Assembly (NCBI GenBank): GCA_040954595.2
Contig: CM082586.2
Span: 5,628,509 to 5,692,508, forward strand
Direction of reading: 5' to 3'
Source: Balanoglossus misakiensis
Taxonomy: Eukaryota > Animalia > Hemichordata
DNA: 64,000 nucleotides
Both the position numbers and the translations under genes were made by a program. The notes under the pieces were generated by a model, which had not been told where the DNA came from, searched no databases, and saw only the letters and a list, made by a program, of their open reading frames with translations. How positions within the stretch are numbered: position 1 is the first letter of the stretch; every line of letters begins with the position of its first letter. Of the stretch, positions 30,701 through 42,138 are shown one piece after another.

Positions 30701-32653
30701 TTGACTCTGAAGTTGTTCTTCCGCAGTACAAAATAGTGAGTCTAGAATACTTCGAGATAACACGACCATACACAACAGGTAAATACAAGAAGTTGATTTT
30801 CTGTTCTGAATTGGTAGTACTGCTTGTAGTCAGCACTGTCCGCTATCTGAATCTCACTTGAGCAATAGATACGTTGCTTTGAACTTATCTGGGTATATGT
30901 CTTGCTTGTTAGCCATAGCCTGTGGGCATGTGAGTGAGTGAGCTAGTGAGTTAGTGATCGAGAGAGTGGGTCGCCATTGGACCACCCTTTGGCCAATCGG
31001 CTTCGTGCACAGACTTGCTCGCATTCCTTAAAATGATTCCTATTTCTTCCCTACACTAAATTCAGGAAATTACTCGCATCTCATATCGAAGATCATTTTA
31101 CAACGAGAACTGGGCTTCTACATGCTGCAGGCGTATATACCCAGCATCCTGCTCGTGATTCTCTCGTGGATTTCGTTGTGGATGGAGCCGAGTGCAGCGC
31201 CCGCACGAGTCGGTTTAGGGATCACCACAGTTCTTGCATTGGTGACCCAAAGTACCTGGATGAGAAGTCAACTACCAAAAGTGGCGTATGCGACCGTGAG
31301 TCTTGGTTAGATAATTTGATGGCTTCCCTACAAAGACCTACTGTTACGACACACCGTATTTAGTTGTGTACACTTGGTTGCTTGGTCGAGAGAGGTATTT
31401 TTTTTCTTTTGCATGTCAAAAGGCCTTGCATTTCAATAAGGTCATTATAATATTATTTAGCCAGGTGGTCACTGGTATAAATGCGTGCTCTCAAAATCCA
31501 CGTGGGACACTTCTTGATACTGCACTGGTGAGAGAGCATGAGCAGGACACTGGTGTGCCACGCCTTGGAACTTTGAGGTCTGACAGACTGGCATAGGTCA
31601 TATAAAACAATTGCAATTATTTTGTGCCACATATCCAGTGGAGGAAGATGCTCGTACTAATTAACTGATTTTTATGAAACTACACATGCTGTGTGAAAAT
31701 TCGTCAGGCTAAATACGGGTCATATCAATCTCCCCTTTTGTTCTTTTCAACTCAAACTATAGCGGGCGCGCGTGGTTAGGTACCATCACGTATTGAAGGC
31801 GCTTAGTGTATACCCTTTTACATGTGATTTATAGTGCTGTGCTGATAAATATATAAACAGCCGTTATAGCATGTGCTTTATGAAGTCTCCTAGCAGTGTT
31901 AGAGGCGATTTGTGTCACGGATTCAGCGGCAGATTTCCTTTTAAAATGAATTATTGATACTGAAAACTAGACGTCCTCCGTTTTCATAATAGGCATTAGA
32001 TATCTGGATGGTCACGTGTCAAGTTTTTGTCTTTGCCGCCTTGGTGGAATTTGCCATCGTCTACTACCTGAACACTTTGCAAAAGCTGCAAAATGACACA
32101 GGAAACATTAACAAGCAGAAGAAACGACATGCTTCGAGTAATGGTGCATTCAAAGGAGTAAGGTACACGGCACCACATAGTCCGGTAGGTATTGCATATG
32201 CAGGGCAATGGTACTAACTTCTGTGGTGGTGGTAGTGATGATGATGATCTTAAAAAGTGGTGGCTGTTTAACTCATTCTCTGTAAAATTATATTTTTATA
32301 ATTTTTTTCAACAAAATGTGTATGTATATTTTTGTCTGACACATATTTCCTTCATCCATTAGAAATGTTCACAGTGGATTACGAGATCATCAAGTCTGGG
32401 GAATATGGCGCCTGACTGTACAAGTCACGGACTCACTCTGCGCAGGCCCGGGAATACATCATACGACATTGAAAGCGACGGGAAAGCGTTCACGAATCAA
32501 TCGGAGCAAGGTGTACACAAAATAAACAAACGGTACGGGCAAATGGCGGCAAAAAGCGACAGATATTCACGCGTATTATTTCCTATAGCTTTCCTTATCT
32601 TCAGTGGCCTCTACTGGTACCAGTTTTTGAAAAATCCCCCAGAATACCACTGA
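24714..32653 (+). CDS. Cys-loop ligand-gated anion channel subunit, GABA-A/glycine receptor-like (paralogue B), complete, about 455 aa
   Basis: Exons 24714-24769 (signal peptide [19 protein letters not shown]), 26564-26658 ([15 protein letters not shown]), 26789-26856 (68 nt), 30008-30225 ([22 protein letters not shown]), 30379-30461 (83 nt, [15 protein letters not shown]), 30644-30778, 31066-31295 ([34 protein letters not shown]), 31993-32184 (alternative donor after 32157), 32363-32653 (M4, [20 protein letters not shown]). Total 1368 nt, frame intact. Confidence 0.95.
25955..26011. repeat. (CCAT)n microsatellite
   Basis: Direct reading. Confidence 0.9.
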
Positions 32654-33751
32654 TTTTGATTTCATAAATTAAGTAAATCAGGGCTTTTACTTCGGACTGA
32701 ACATACCATACCATGTCAGGAAATGTATAACTTAATATTACATTGTTATCTCAACTTTGTACTTGGAACTACACCAAGGCCATCAGCATATCTCTGCGCA
32801 TTTTCCTGTTCTATTCCACAGCATTTATATGCAAATTATTTACAATTGAAAACATGATGTAACCATTATTCATGGACTTTAAGAAATAAAATTCTTTTAT
32901 ATATATATCAATGTTGAACCATGTTAATCGACACCAACGTCGTACTGGGGCCACGTGTTGATTGCGACCAGTATCAATATTTTACCCACCCACCGATTGG
33001 TCGTTTATTTTTATTTTTTTATTTTTTTGTCCTTGAAGTGGCTAATTCTTGTACTTTTCCAGCTAACTTTTACATTTGTAAATATTCATTTATTTTGTAT
33101 ACTTTGGCTATTCATCTTATTGGAAAAATAAAACTGTCTGTAGATTTAATTTTTAACAAACTGGAATGGCACTTATGATATATTCTTCTGGAAATGATTG
33201 TTTCTCTTTTGGGAATGTTGAGTTGCGCCAAAAATACAGTCAGCCGAAATAAAATGAACACAGTGTGCTCGACTTTTATATCTAGCACACTGTTGACATA
33301 TGCGTCATTCGATTAGCATGTCGGTACAATTGCTGGCATATGGCATATGATAACCTTTGATACAATGGCCTGTCATTGATAGGAGAATAATGAACACAGT
33401 TAATAGTTAAAGTCCCGCGAATTAAACGTATTATTAGTTGGGCGTCTTCCTTATGATGCTGCATCTGTACGTACAAATATTTGATACAGATAGACCTGAA
33501 ATAAATGTTGTTGCGTAGAGAATATACCATGTCAGGCGCACTGTGTTAAACATCACGTTGGCATCGATGTCGCCAGGACTATATTATTAACCTTATTAGT
33601 CACACGTGTCCTGTCTAACGCGAAACGAATGCCAGGCACATGACACTATACAGCTCAACCATTCAGACCGCCCCACTCTGAACAACCATTGTTTGGTATG
33701 CAAAAGCTGTCCTCGCGCACCGTACGGCGCTATTGGAAGCCGCCGGCCAAA

Positions 33752-35534
33752 ATGTCCGGCGTCGACGGCGGCGAGAAGAGCGACCAGAAGCCGACGAATT
33801 GGAAAAGTATCGTCTGGAGCACGGGATTCAGCGTGACTTTCTTCGTAGTCATAATCACCATGTTCTATCTGGAGAGCACTTCGCCTAAACCGCACTTTAT
33901 TCAAATGGTAAGTTTACTATCAGGTCATGTTAATCGGTGCACTGATGTTGTACGCTGTATACTAGTGTGAATTTAGGATAAGCGTGCAGTGGTTCAGCAG
34001 GAGGGGTGAAGGTTGGTGCTGAGGGTTCTACATTAGTGAGTTCGCCAAGAAGAACTAGAGCCGGGTATTGACTTTAGGTATTCAGCAAAGCAAATGCCAC
34101 GTGTACCAAGGATTCAAAGGTCAGTCAGTCTCCACGTCGGCCTCAGGCGAACCCGATCGAGAAACTGTGTCAATAGAACGATGCGCAGTCTTTTGGTCAC
34201 CGCCGCTTGTTACACAATGCTTGATCGTTTGAATGAATCGCCTCTTCCATTGGTAGGTGGCGTCTTATTAGTTACGTTGCTATGTGCGATGATGAGAGAA
34301 CAGACGTCCATACTTCAAGGAAATTCGTATACGGGGCACTGAACGGCCTTGTATTTCGTAGGATTTGCCAAGGCCATGACCCTTGGTTAGGGTTAGCAGA
34401 CCAGTCGTCAATATATACTAGTACATAATGTATATTGATTGGTTCAACTATTTTAAGGTTACATAACGTTTAGGTTACATAACCGTCTCTCTAGTACCTC
34501 CATGGTCCCTGTGTCCTCGGAAGGTTCAACTTTTGGCAGTTTGTATTATCGTTTTAGTTAGAATTTAATGCACAGTTATATTCCCAATCCAACAGGTAAA
34601 TTCAAAACCCAAAACTAAGGTAAAACAGACGCCGCCTGTGGACAAGGAAAGTACGAGTGAAAATGTGACAATCTCTCGAGAAGTTCTTCGGAACTTGATG
34701 CTGGAAACCCACGAAGTTGTGGGCGCATCGACCAAGCAAGGTAGGACGTACGGGTATTTGAAGCCAAGAGATCACCAGGTGGTGCCCAATGTAGCACATT
34801 ATGTTTGGTTTACCTGCCACCCGTTCAAATTTGAAAATCTCGTCAGTATTTTGAGTGTACACAGAGTTATGAAAGCCGAGTACATCTATTTTCACACCGA
34901 TTGTGAACCGACCGGCCGATGGTGGGAAGAGGCGAAGGATTTCATTCCTACACTAATTGTCGTGCTCAGGACGCCTCCTAAGAAAATTTTCCAGAGGGAA
35001 TTAAACGCAAAATGGACGAACCGCCTGGTCGACGTTGCCAGCATAGAGATTCTCAAGGAGAGCGGGGGAGTTTACATCAGCCCGGACGTCTTCGTGCTTG
35101 CCCCGTTAGATCCCCTGCGCTACTTCGACTACGTCGTCGGCAAAGTGGACACCGCCATTCTCAGCACCGACATCGTCATCGCCAAGAAGGACTCGGTGTT
35201 TCTCAAACTTTACTACGAAAGCTTTAACAGGTTCAAGGACAACTGCTGGGAGTGCACTGTCGTCAAAGGTCACTACGACCTGGCGATGAAGAATCTGAAA
35301 ATTTTGCACATAGAGCCGGAGAGTCTCGCAAAGCCGCCCGACTCGCAGTGGCAGGATTTGTTCACAAGGAAGTATGATTGGAAAAATAACCATTTCACAA
35401 TACGGACCCTTATTGACAAATACAGAGAAACTGAGGATTTTACTGCGGAAAATATTAAAACCCTGGACAGTGCTTTTGGACAGATGTGTCGATACATATA
35501 CTACGGGAAACCAGACTTGATTATGGACAGGTGA
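33752..35534 (+). CDS. Type II membrane glycosyltransferase-like protein, GT32 / alpha-1,4-glycosyltransferase (A4GALT/A4GNT-like) fold with degenerate DxD, about 364 aa
   Basis: Exon 1 33752-33907 (an upstream in-frame ATG also exists at 33698) has a TM segment SIVWSTGFSVTFFVVIITMFYL and donor ATG|GTAAGT. Exon 2 34596-35534 is in phase 0. GT32-like motifs: VPNVAHYVWF, SILSVHR..IYFHTDCEPTGRWW, DVASIEILKESGGVYISPDVFVLAPLDPLR, and a C-terminal AFGQMCRYIY. Confidence 0.85.
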
Positions 35535-35902
35535 TTTGATGAAGCGAGTTTCAATCAATCGTTCGCATAATATTGATATTTTTGATATTTACTATATCCA
35601 TTTCTTCAGTGCAATGAATTAATACACAATATGATTCACACAGTCCCTGTCGGATAATCCGTAGAGTTTGTCCATCTGCGACATCGAGCAACACGTACAG
35701 AATTATTTCTGTATTTTGAGGTCGCTGATTCCTATTGTGTTCGCTGATCTCCTAATCGTGTCAGCCTAATATATCGGTCACTTTTTCGTGACCTCCGATA
35801 TGGCGCACGTTGCAATATTATAATGTGCTGGTGTTGGAATGGTTTGTATGGCTAAGAGTAAGTATGCTGCATGTGCATTCGTTATTTACGTTGTTACCTT
35901 AA

Positions 35903-36408
35903 AGGCACATAAGCTGCAACTTTTGGGATAATTATCATAATTTTTGTTTCAAACTGTACTACCATTAGTCTATGCAGATGAAGGCAGTGAACTAAACACA
36001 AGCATTATAAACCCTAAATATGAGTGCATATGCAAGTTCTAACCAGATAAATAATAAAGCTTTGCCGCAAGCGATTATGGCCGCCACCGTGGGAAAATGC
36101 AAAAAACAACGAAAATGTTGCATTTCTGGTTATGAAACTTTATGAACAAAACATGATCTCATCCACCTGAGCTCATGGGAAGTAAATGCACATCGCTGAG
36201 ACATTATATTTTCCTTTTTCATTCCAATATTGCACTTTTTTAAAAATTGCAGGAATTTTCGTTTTTCTTCAATTTTTGGCCATTTTGTCATAAATAAGTG
36301 TTGAGCTTGATATATTATCATGAAATATCATTTAATAGACATGATTGAAAGCATATATGAGATTATTTAAAACTTTAATTTTTTTATCCAGTTGCAGCTC
36401 ATGTGCCT
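35903..36408. mobile_element. Non-autonomous TIR element (MITE) with TTAA target-site duplication and AGG termini; Kolobok/T2-like
   Basis: TTAA|AGGCACATAAGCTGCAACT ... AGTTGCAGCTCATGTGCCT|TTAA: 19-bp TIRs with 1 mismatch, TTAA on both sides (35899-35902, 36409-36412), AT-rich non-coding interior. Confidence 0.85.
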
Positions 36409-36460
36409 TTAAAGCAATACAAAAACCTCTAATTTACATACGTTCATTGTTGGCCAACAA

Positions 36461-39400
36461 TCACTGTACGTCTCTTCTGGAGCCGCTGTAATAAATTATC
36501 CAGTACGCAATTGCAAAAATAACAAAAATACACATGAAGATAACTCGGCTGAACTTGTCAAGACGATTTCCGACACGAGGCCAATTTGTGCCTCGGCTCG
36601 AAATGCTCGTTCGGCGGGCGTCTTCCGGTGAAATTACGTGTCTTTGCTGCGCATGCGCGGCCGGTGGCTGATGACGGGTGTCCACCGCTGGTTTGACTGA
36701 AGATGACAGTTCTAAATCCCGCGACGGGACGAAGGAAGTCGTTGATATTGATAGGTCCACGTCAGACACACTCAGTGATGGATTTGTTACCTATAGGTAG
36801 AAAAAACAGCAATGGCCAAGAACATCACTTGGTAGGCGTATGTAGGTCAGTTGATACAGTGACTCCTACAGTGCAGACCGATTTTTTTTTTAATTAGTAA
36901 ACTTGCATTTATCTAATTAACTTCAGAAATCACATATCAGCGAGAGAGAGAGACACGGTGATGGCAACAGACAAATACAAACAGACAGACAGACCGACTT
37001 ACCCCTTTAATATCTTTGGCCTTCTTAACTGTGTCCATAGCATTCCCCGTTTTATGCATGTAATAGACCATTGCGTATTCAAGCAAAGCCACAAAGCACA
37101 TGACTTGGCAGGTAGTCAGCCATATATCAATCGCCTTAGTAAAAGAAGGAAATTTCAATTATTTATTGCTAAAGGAAGTGTCGCAACTATACAGTCTTTT
37201 CATGCCTCATTGAAAATGCAAATGAGCCATGTCGGCGTCTTATTGTACCTAAATACACTGACTCACAGTAGCCTACAGGCAAAGTCAGTACAAATGTTTT
37301 TGCCAATCAAATTCGATTGAAAAAAACACAAAACACATTTTTTGCATTTACCATTACGTAGGCGACTTTTGGTATTCCGCTTTTGAGCAGACTGGTTTGG
37401 GTGATGACAGCTAGGAGAGTCGTTATACCGAGTGTTGCTCTGGCGGGCGATCTGGTCGGATCGATCCAAAAGGTAAGCCAGGATATAATGACTAGGCCCG
37501 TGCTGGGAATGAATGCTTCAAGAAGATAAAATCCCAGGAGACGTTCCAGATGAAAATGAGCTGTTAGGTAGCTGAAGTTTCCTGGAAACAAGGCAATGGA
37601 GCGTATATCATCTCCGACAGTAATTGCCACCATTGGGGTTTCTTATTAATAAATAATGCACATTTGCATGAAATAATGCAGTCTTTTACCTAGACGTAGG
37701 TCTTCTTTCCGAGCGGGAAGAAACCTACGTCTATGTACATGTAATGTGAAACGTGCTGGTACAGTGTTGTGTTGGAAGACCAATCAAATCATGTCCTGTT
37801 TAAGCCATGGTGTCTCCCGTGTTGAACAAGGGGTGTAAATTAGCGTTCTTCCATTGGTTAAAGGAAAGATCTGAAATATTTAAAATAGTTCTAAAGATTT
37901 CTTAAACCCACCTGGTATGTAAATCTCTACGTCCTCTGTCACCGTGTAACCAGTCAAGATGTACTGAGGCAAAGTAACTGTGGGCTCAGTCTGCACAGCA
38001 TGCCAGCCATCTGGCCTGTTCCAGTAGTATGTGACGTCTTCGGTTTTATACGCATCTAGTTCGAAGAGAAATAATAATTGGAAAATAACAAAACAGACAG
38101 ATCAGTAGGGTTACCGCTGGTCGCCGTTGGCCGGGAAGTGGTGTGTACACTTTCGTTTGACTGGTGTTTGATAACTATATGCTTGCTTAGTAAACATAAA
38201 ATCTAATTCCGATTCAATGGGGCGTATGATCGAGGATGCGTTTTCAAAAGCATTACTTACATGACATTATTTTAATTCCGCAGTCCTGACGATCGAAGGG
38301 GAAATCGTCGAGGATCATGTAACACGAGAGAGTCAGTGTCATCCTGTTAGGCATAAGAAATGGGGAAATATTTTAAAATTTTGCGCCACATATCGCAGCG
38401 TAGAATTTGTTTTACTTTCTCTGATAAATTACTATAATGATAATTGAAGAACTATAACATTATTTATGTCTTGTAAATTTGACCGATAAACATACACAAA
38501 CCTTAAACTGTAAATGATATCACCATTTGGTTTAATGTAGAAAAGCGAATTTTGTTTCGGAGATTCGTGTACAACTTCGTTTTTAGAGTTGACAAAGAAT
38601 GTATCTGGGGTCCAAAATCTCCCTCTGACGTCATCATCGACAGTTATGACAGTCGAGTTGTGTCGTAGTCTAGGATCATGCCAGAACTGCCGAAAGTAGA
38701 TGGTAATTGAGTAATCCTGCAAAGACAGTGAACAAAGAGAAAATTATAAGAAACATTGCATTTACATGGAAGGTGCATATGGCATTTTCTGTGGGGCGCC
38801 ACCTAGAGGTGATTCGTTTGTACGCATTACTACGATTTTCCTTGAGACAATTTTTGCTCTGAAGGCGGTATGGTGTGATCAGAAATCACGTTTCATGGTC
38901 AATTCGTCGCCAACTTTACCAAACTATCACCCAGCCAAAAATTGGGCAAATAGTGTCTTCCGACACAAGCAATATCAAATGCGAGACCCGTTTAACTATG
39001 TCAACGAGAAATTTGGTGGCAGCCTTATTTAGTTCCATCTTGTGAAAAATGATCAGAGGCGGAGCACTGTACTGATTTATATTCAATACACAACTACAAA
39101 TCCAAGAGGAAATTAACTGTCTTTACATTTGCTGGTATACATACCATATTTGCCTCGGAGACGGAGTGGAAACTCGCTACAAAAATGTTAACGCCCATGT
39201 CGACAGGTGTACCTTTAATAGAGTGCATTTATTCACTTGTGAATAGAAGAACTATTGTTCCGTCGTGAAATGGTTGATATGATATACATTATGTATTCAA
39301 TGGTCATTCTCTTCCGTCGTTCATCCATTTCGTACCATTTATTATTTATTAACTATCCCTCATTGTCAAATTAATTGTCTTTCCATCTCTCCAAACTGAT

Positions 39401-40495
39401 CAAGGCGCGGGTGAAAATGGAATGTTGTGCGCATGCTTACAATTAATAGAACATTGAATATATGTATTGAGCCTAATCATAGCTGTATCATCAAGAGGGC
39501 TGTATTGTCTTCGATTTATGTCGTCACACAAGGCATTTCATTGCGCTGAAATGATAGGCCCGCCAATTAATGACGTCAAAACGTTAATATTTTAGATGAC
39601 CCGTTCCTTTTCGGGTCGCCGCAGTTGGTGTTTAGAAATAGATTACTCTCGAAATTAATTAATTTAATGCATATGCATGACCAGCGTTTCCCCTGGAAAC
39701 ATTTATCATGTTTATCTTCGTCGAGATGCAGATGTTACTTTAAGATGGATGTCGTCCCGTCTGCGGCTTCGTTGCCATCCAGTCAAAATAGGCTCAGAGT
39801 GTAACTGCTTCATCGTGCATCCTTGCAAATAATGTGGTTGTTTACTTTGTGCAGTTTACATCGTACCGTGTAGCCATGGCAAACATTGTTGATATAAAAA
39901 TTGTATTGAGTGGGAACAATGACGATGGTTTGTTTGTAAATAATTAAAGACGCGCATATGCGGTCTTATATGATAAAAAGCAATTTGGAAAGAATATCCT
40001 CTTGAATGTAATGTATATTTCAGAAAAGATTGTCATTGAAGTCGTTATCATTTGCCATGGTGTTATGAGTAACACACGCAACATATTTTACGTGCAAAGG
40101 GAATTAGTTTTGCGATGTTACACAACACGTTAATAACTACAGAAAATAGTAATTGATCCGATAATCTTGTGAATAGGCGTAGTACAAACATATCACCGTC
40201 CACAAAATAATTGATACATTAATACGTAATGGTTTCATTTCATCTACTTATAAGGAAACATGCTGAGATCATAATGTACTTACAACCGGCATTTGGTCGA
40301 GTTCGACTGTCGACCTTTGTAACAAGTTCTGCTAATATCAATGAATGGTCTTCCGGCGTTGAGCTATCATCTGGGCCGTAACATTCTATTTCCTCCGTAA
40401 CCCTTGTGAACAATATACATATACACAAATAAAACCACAGTTGTGATGTCCCTCCTCTAAATTTTATCAACAGGTATATTCACATTTCTCGTCAT
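36461..40495 (-). CDS. Cys-loop ligand-gated anion channel subunit (paralogue C); 5' end ambiguous or possibly frameshifted
   Basis: Minus-strand exons: 40284-40402 or -40495 (LAELVTKVDSRTRPNAG), 39145-39212 (68 nt), 38502-38716 (YFRQFWHDPRL, WTPDTFFVNSK), 38261-38343 (83 nt, CYMILDDFPFDRQDC), 37912-38055, 37352-37581 (230 nt, SPARATLGITTLLAVITQTSLLKSGIPKVAYVM), 37003-37134 (AIDIWLTTC..LLEYAMV), 36461-36790 (DKFSRVIFMCIFVIFAIAYW, stop). All internal junctions are GT-AG and in phase. Confidence 0.93.
37691..37733. repeat. Short strong hairpin in intron 6 of gene C
   Basis: TAGACGTAGGT-CTTCTTTCC-GAGC-GGGAAGAA-ACCTACGTCTA; the outer 11 bp are perfectly complementary and the inner stem is near-perfect. 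Confidence 0.75.
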
Positions 40496-42138
40496 TTATT
40501 GTTTTCCTAGAAAATATATTGCCATTAGGATCATGATCAAATTTCAGAGAGTAATATCAGATACTATAATATTAATTATTATTGCGAGGCTTATGTTAGC
40601 ACTCAGCACTAATTACTTTAGTTTACCTAGTGTCTTGTTTTAAGCAGTAATTTCCTAATGGCGGTGCATGAGAGCAATGGAGCAATTCATCTCCCCGTTT
40701 GATAAATGCGAGAGAACATTGATGCAGATAACTTTGTGAGCCCTTCACAAATATTTGCATGTGATGACGGTTTTTTCTCTAGTCTTTTGATCGCTGAGCC
40801 GGACTACTATACCAATATCCATTTTAAATTACGTGCGTTAAAACAACCAGCACATCTCGAACAGGGGAATCACGCGAATCAACGTCTCGCAGGCAACGAT
40901 ATGACAGTCGATAAAGTAAATGCATTGCTTGGTGTTATTACGATATGTTTTGCACTTACCCAAGGACTGAACAGAAGCAAACCAACAAAATGGTCGCCAG
41001 ATACGCTGGTTGAAGAGATTTCGAGCAAAACATGTCGGTTGCCAAATAGGTCTTCGGTAGAGTTAACGTCACGGCCGCGTTTGAGGTGACTAGGGTGGGA
41101 CGCAAAACGTTAACTTTTTACGCATGCGTGGATATCAATTACTAACCACCGTTCGACAGGTTCGCTGCGTGTGATCGCGCATTTTCTCCCTCACAGGAAT
41201 ATTATATATGCAAGTATCCAGTTTCAAGGCGAATTAAAACAGTTTGGGTTGATTTCTTAGGTACTATAGGTACTATATCCATGCTGTTTTGGGTAATATG
41301 GCTTTCAAGTTAGTGTAACCTTAATTTTGTGACGAAAATTGTACTTCATAATATATATTATATATTGATTCCTTCTGCATTTCCTGTTCTGTGATAACGT
41401 TCTTACTGAGGTGGAGTTGGAAGTCGTCTGCACTTCATATGTGCGACTTTTCTGTATTATAAACACATCATCGTCACAATTACTTTCGATATGAATTTTC
41501 TCTAAGTAGATTTTCTCTGAAATGTTCTTGAGGGCGTACATTCGATCATAGGATCACTTCCAAGTTGTGGAAGTGGCGATAGGGTTCGACAGCTCGACTC
41601 TAGCCACGTGTAGTGTTGTAATTACATGTATTTTATTGAGCAACTTTCCCATCGTCATTATTGTACACCAGGCTTGTACCACCGAATTGGCTTTGAAATT
41701 AGTAGTGGCATCCCGATACAGTGTGCGTTCAGCGTGTGTGAGCGATTCCTTAAACAGGCACATGCCATATATGAAAGAGATTGTGATGGGGCACTGTCTA
41801 TTTCACGTAATGACAACATGCAGTGCAGACTGAAATTGCGTGGTCTCAAATTCTGTAACTTAAAACACAGGCCTACTATATATTCTTAAACTTAATGAGC
41901 AAATGGAATATTAGTGCCTCTCATTATACGTGGTGATACAAGGTGTCCAGAATGAATTAACGTGCATCATGCAATGTGCTTCCTATTCAAGTATCGGTTG
42001 AGCCTTAGCACAATAATGTTGAGATTGAAAGCCTGAGAAGAAGAGTGACAATACAAATATACAGTAATGGCTACAGGCTTCCTAGAAACATGTTTAAGAC
42101 TTTGTTAAAAGTATTTTTTTAGGAAGATCCGTGAAAAG

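Noticed and set aside
35106-35558. 150-aa antisense ORF over the glycosyltransferase exon (likewise 49801-50699 over the acidic-protein gene)
   Set aside because: Shadow ORFs of GC-richer coding exons; no motifs or splice support.
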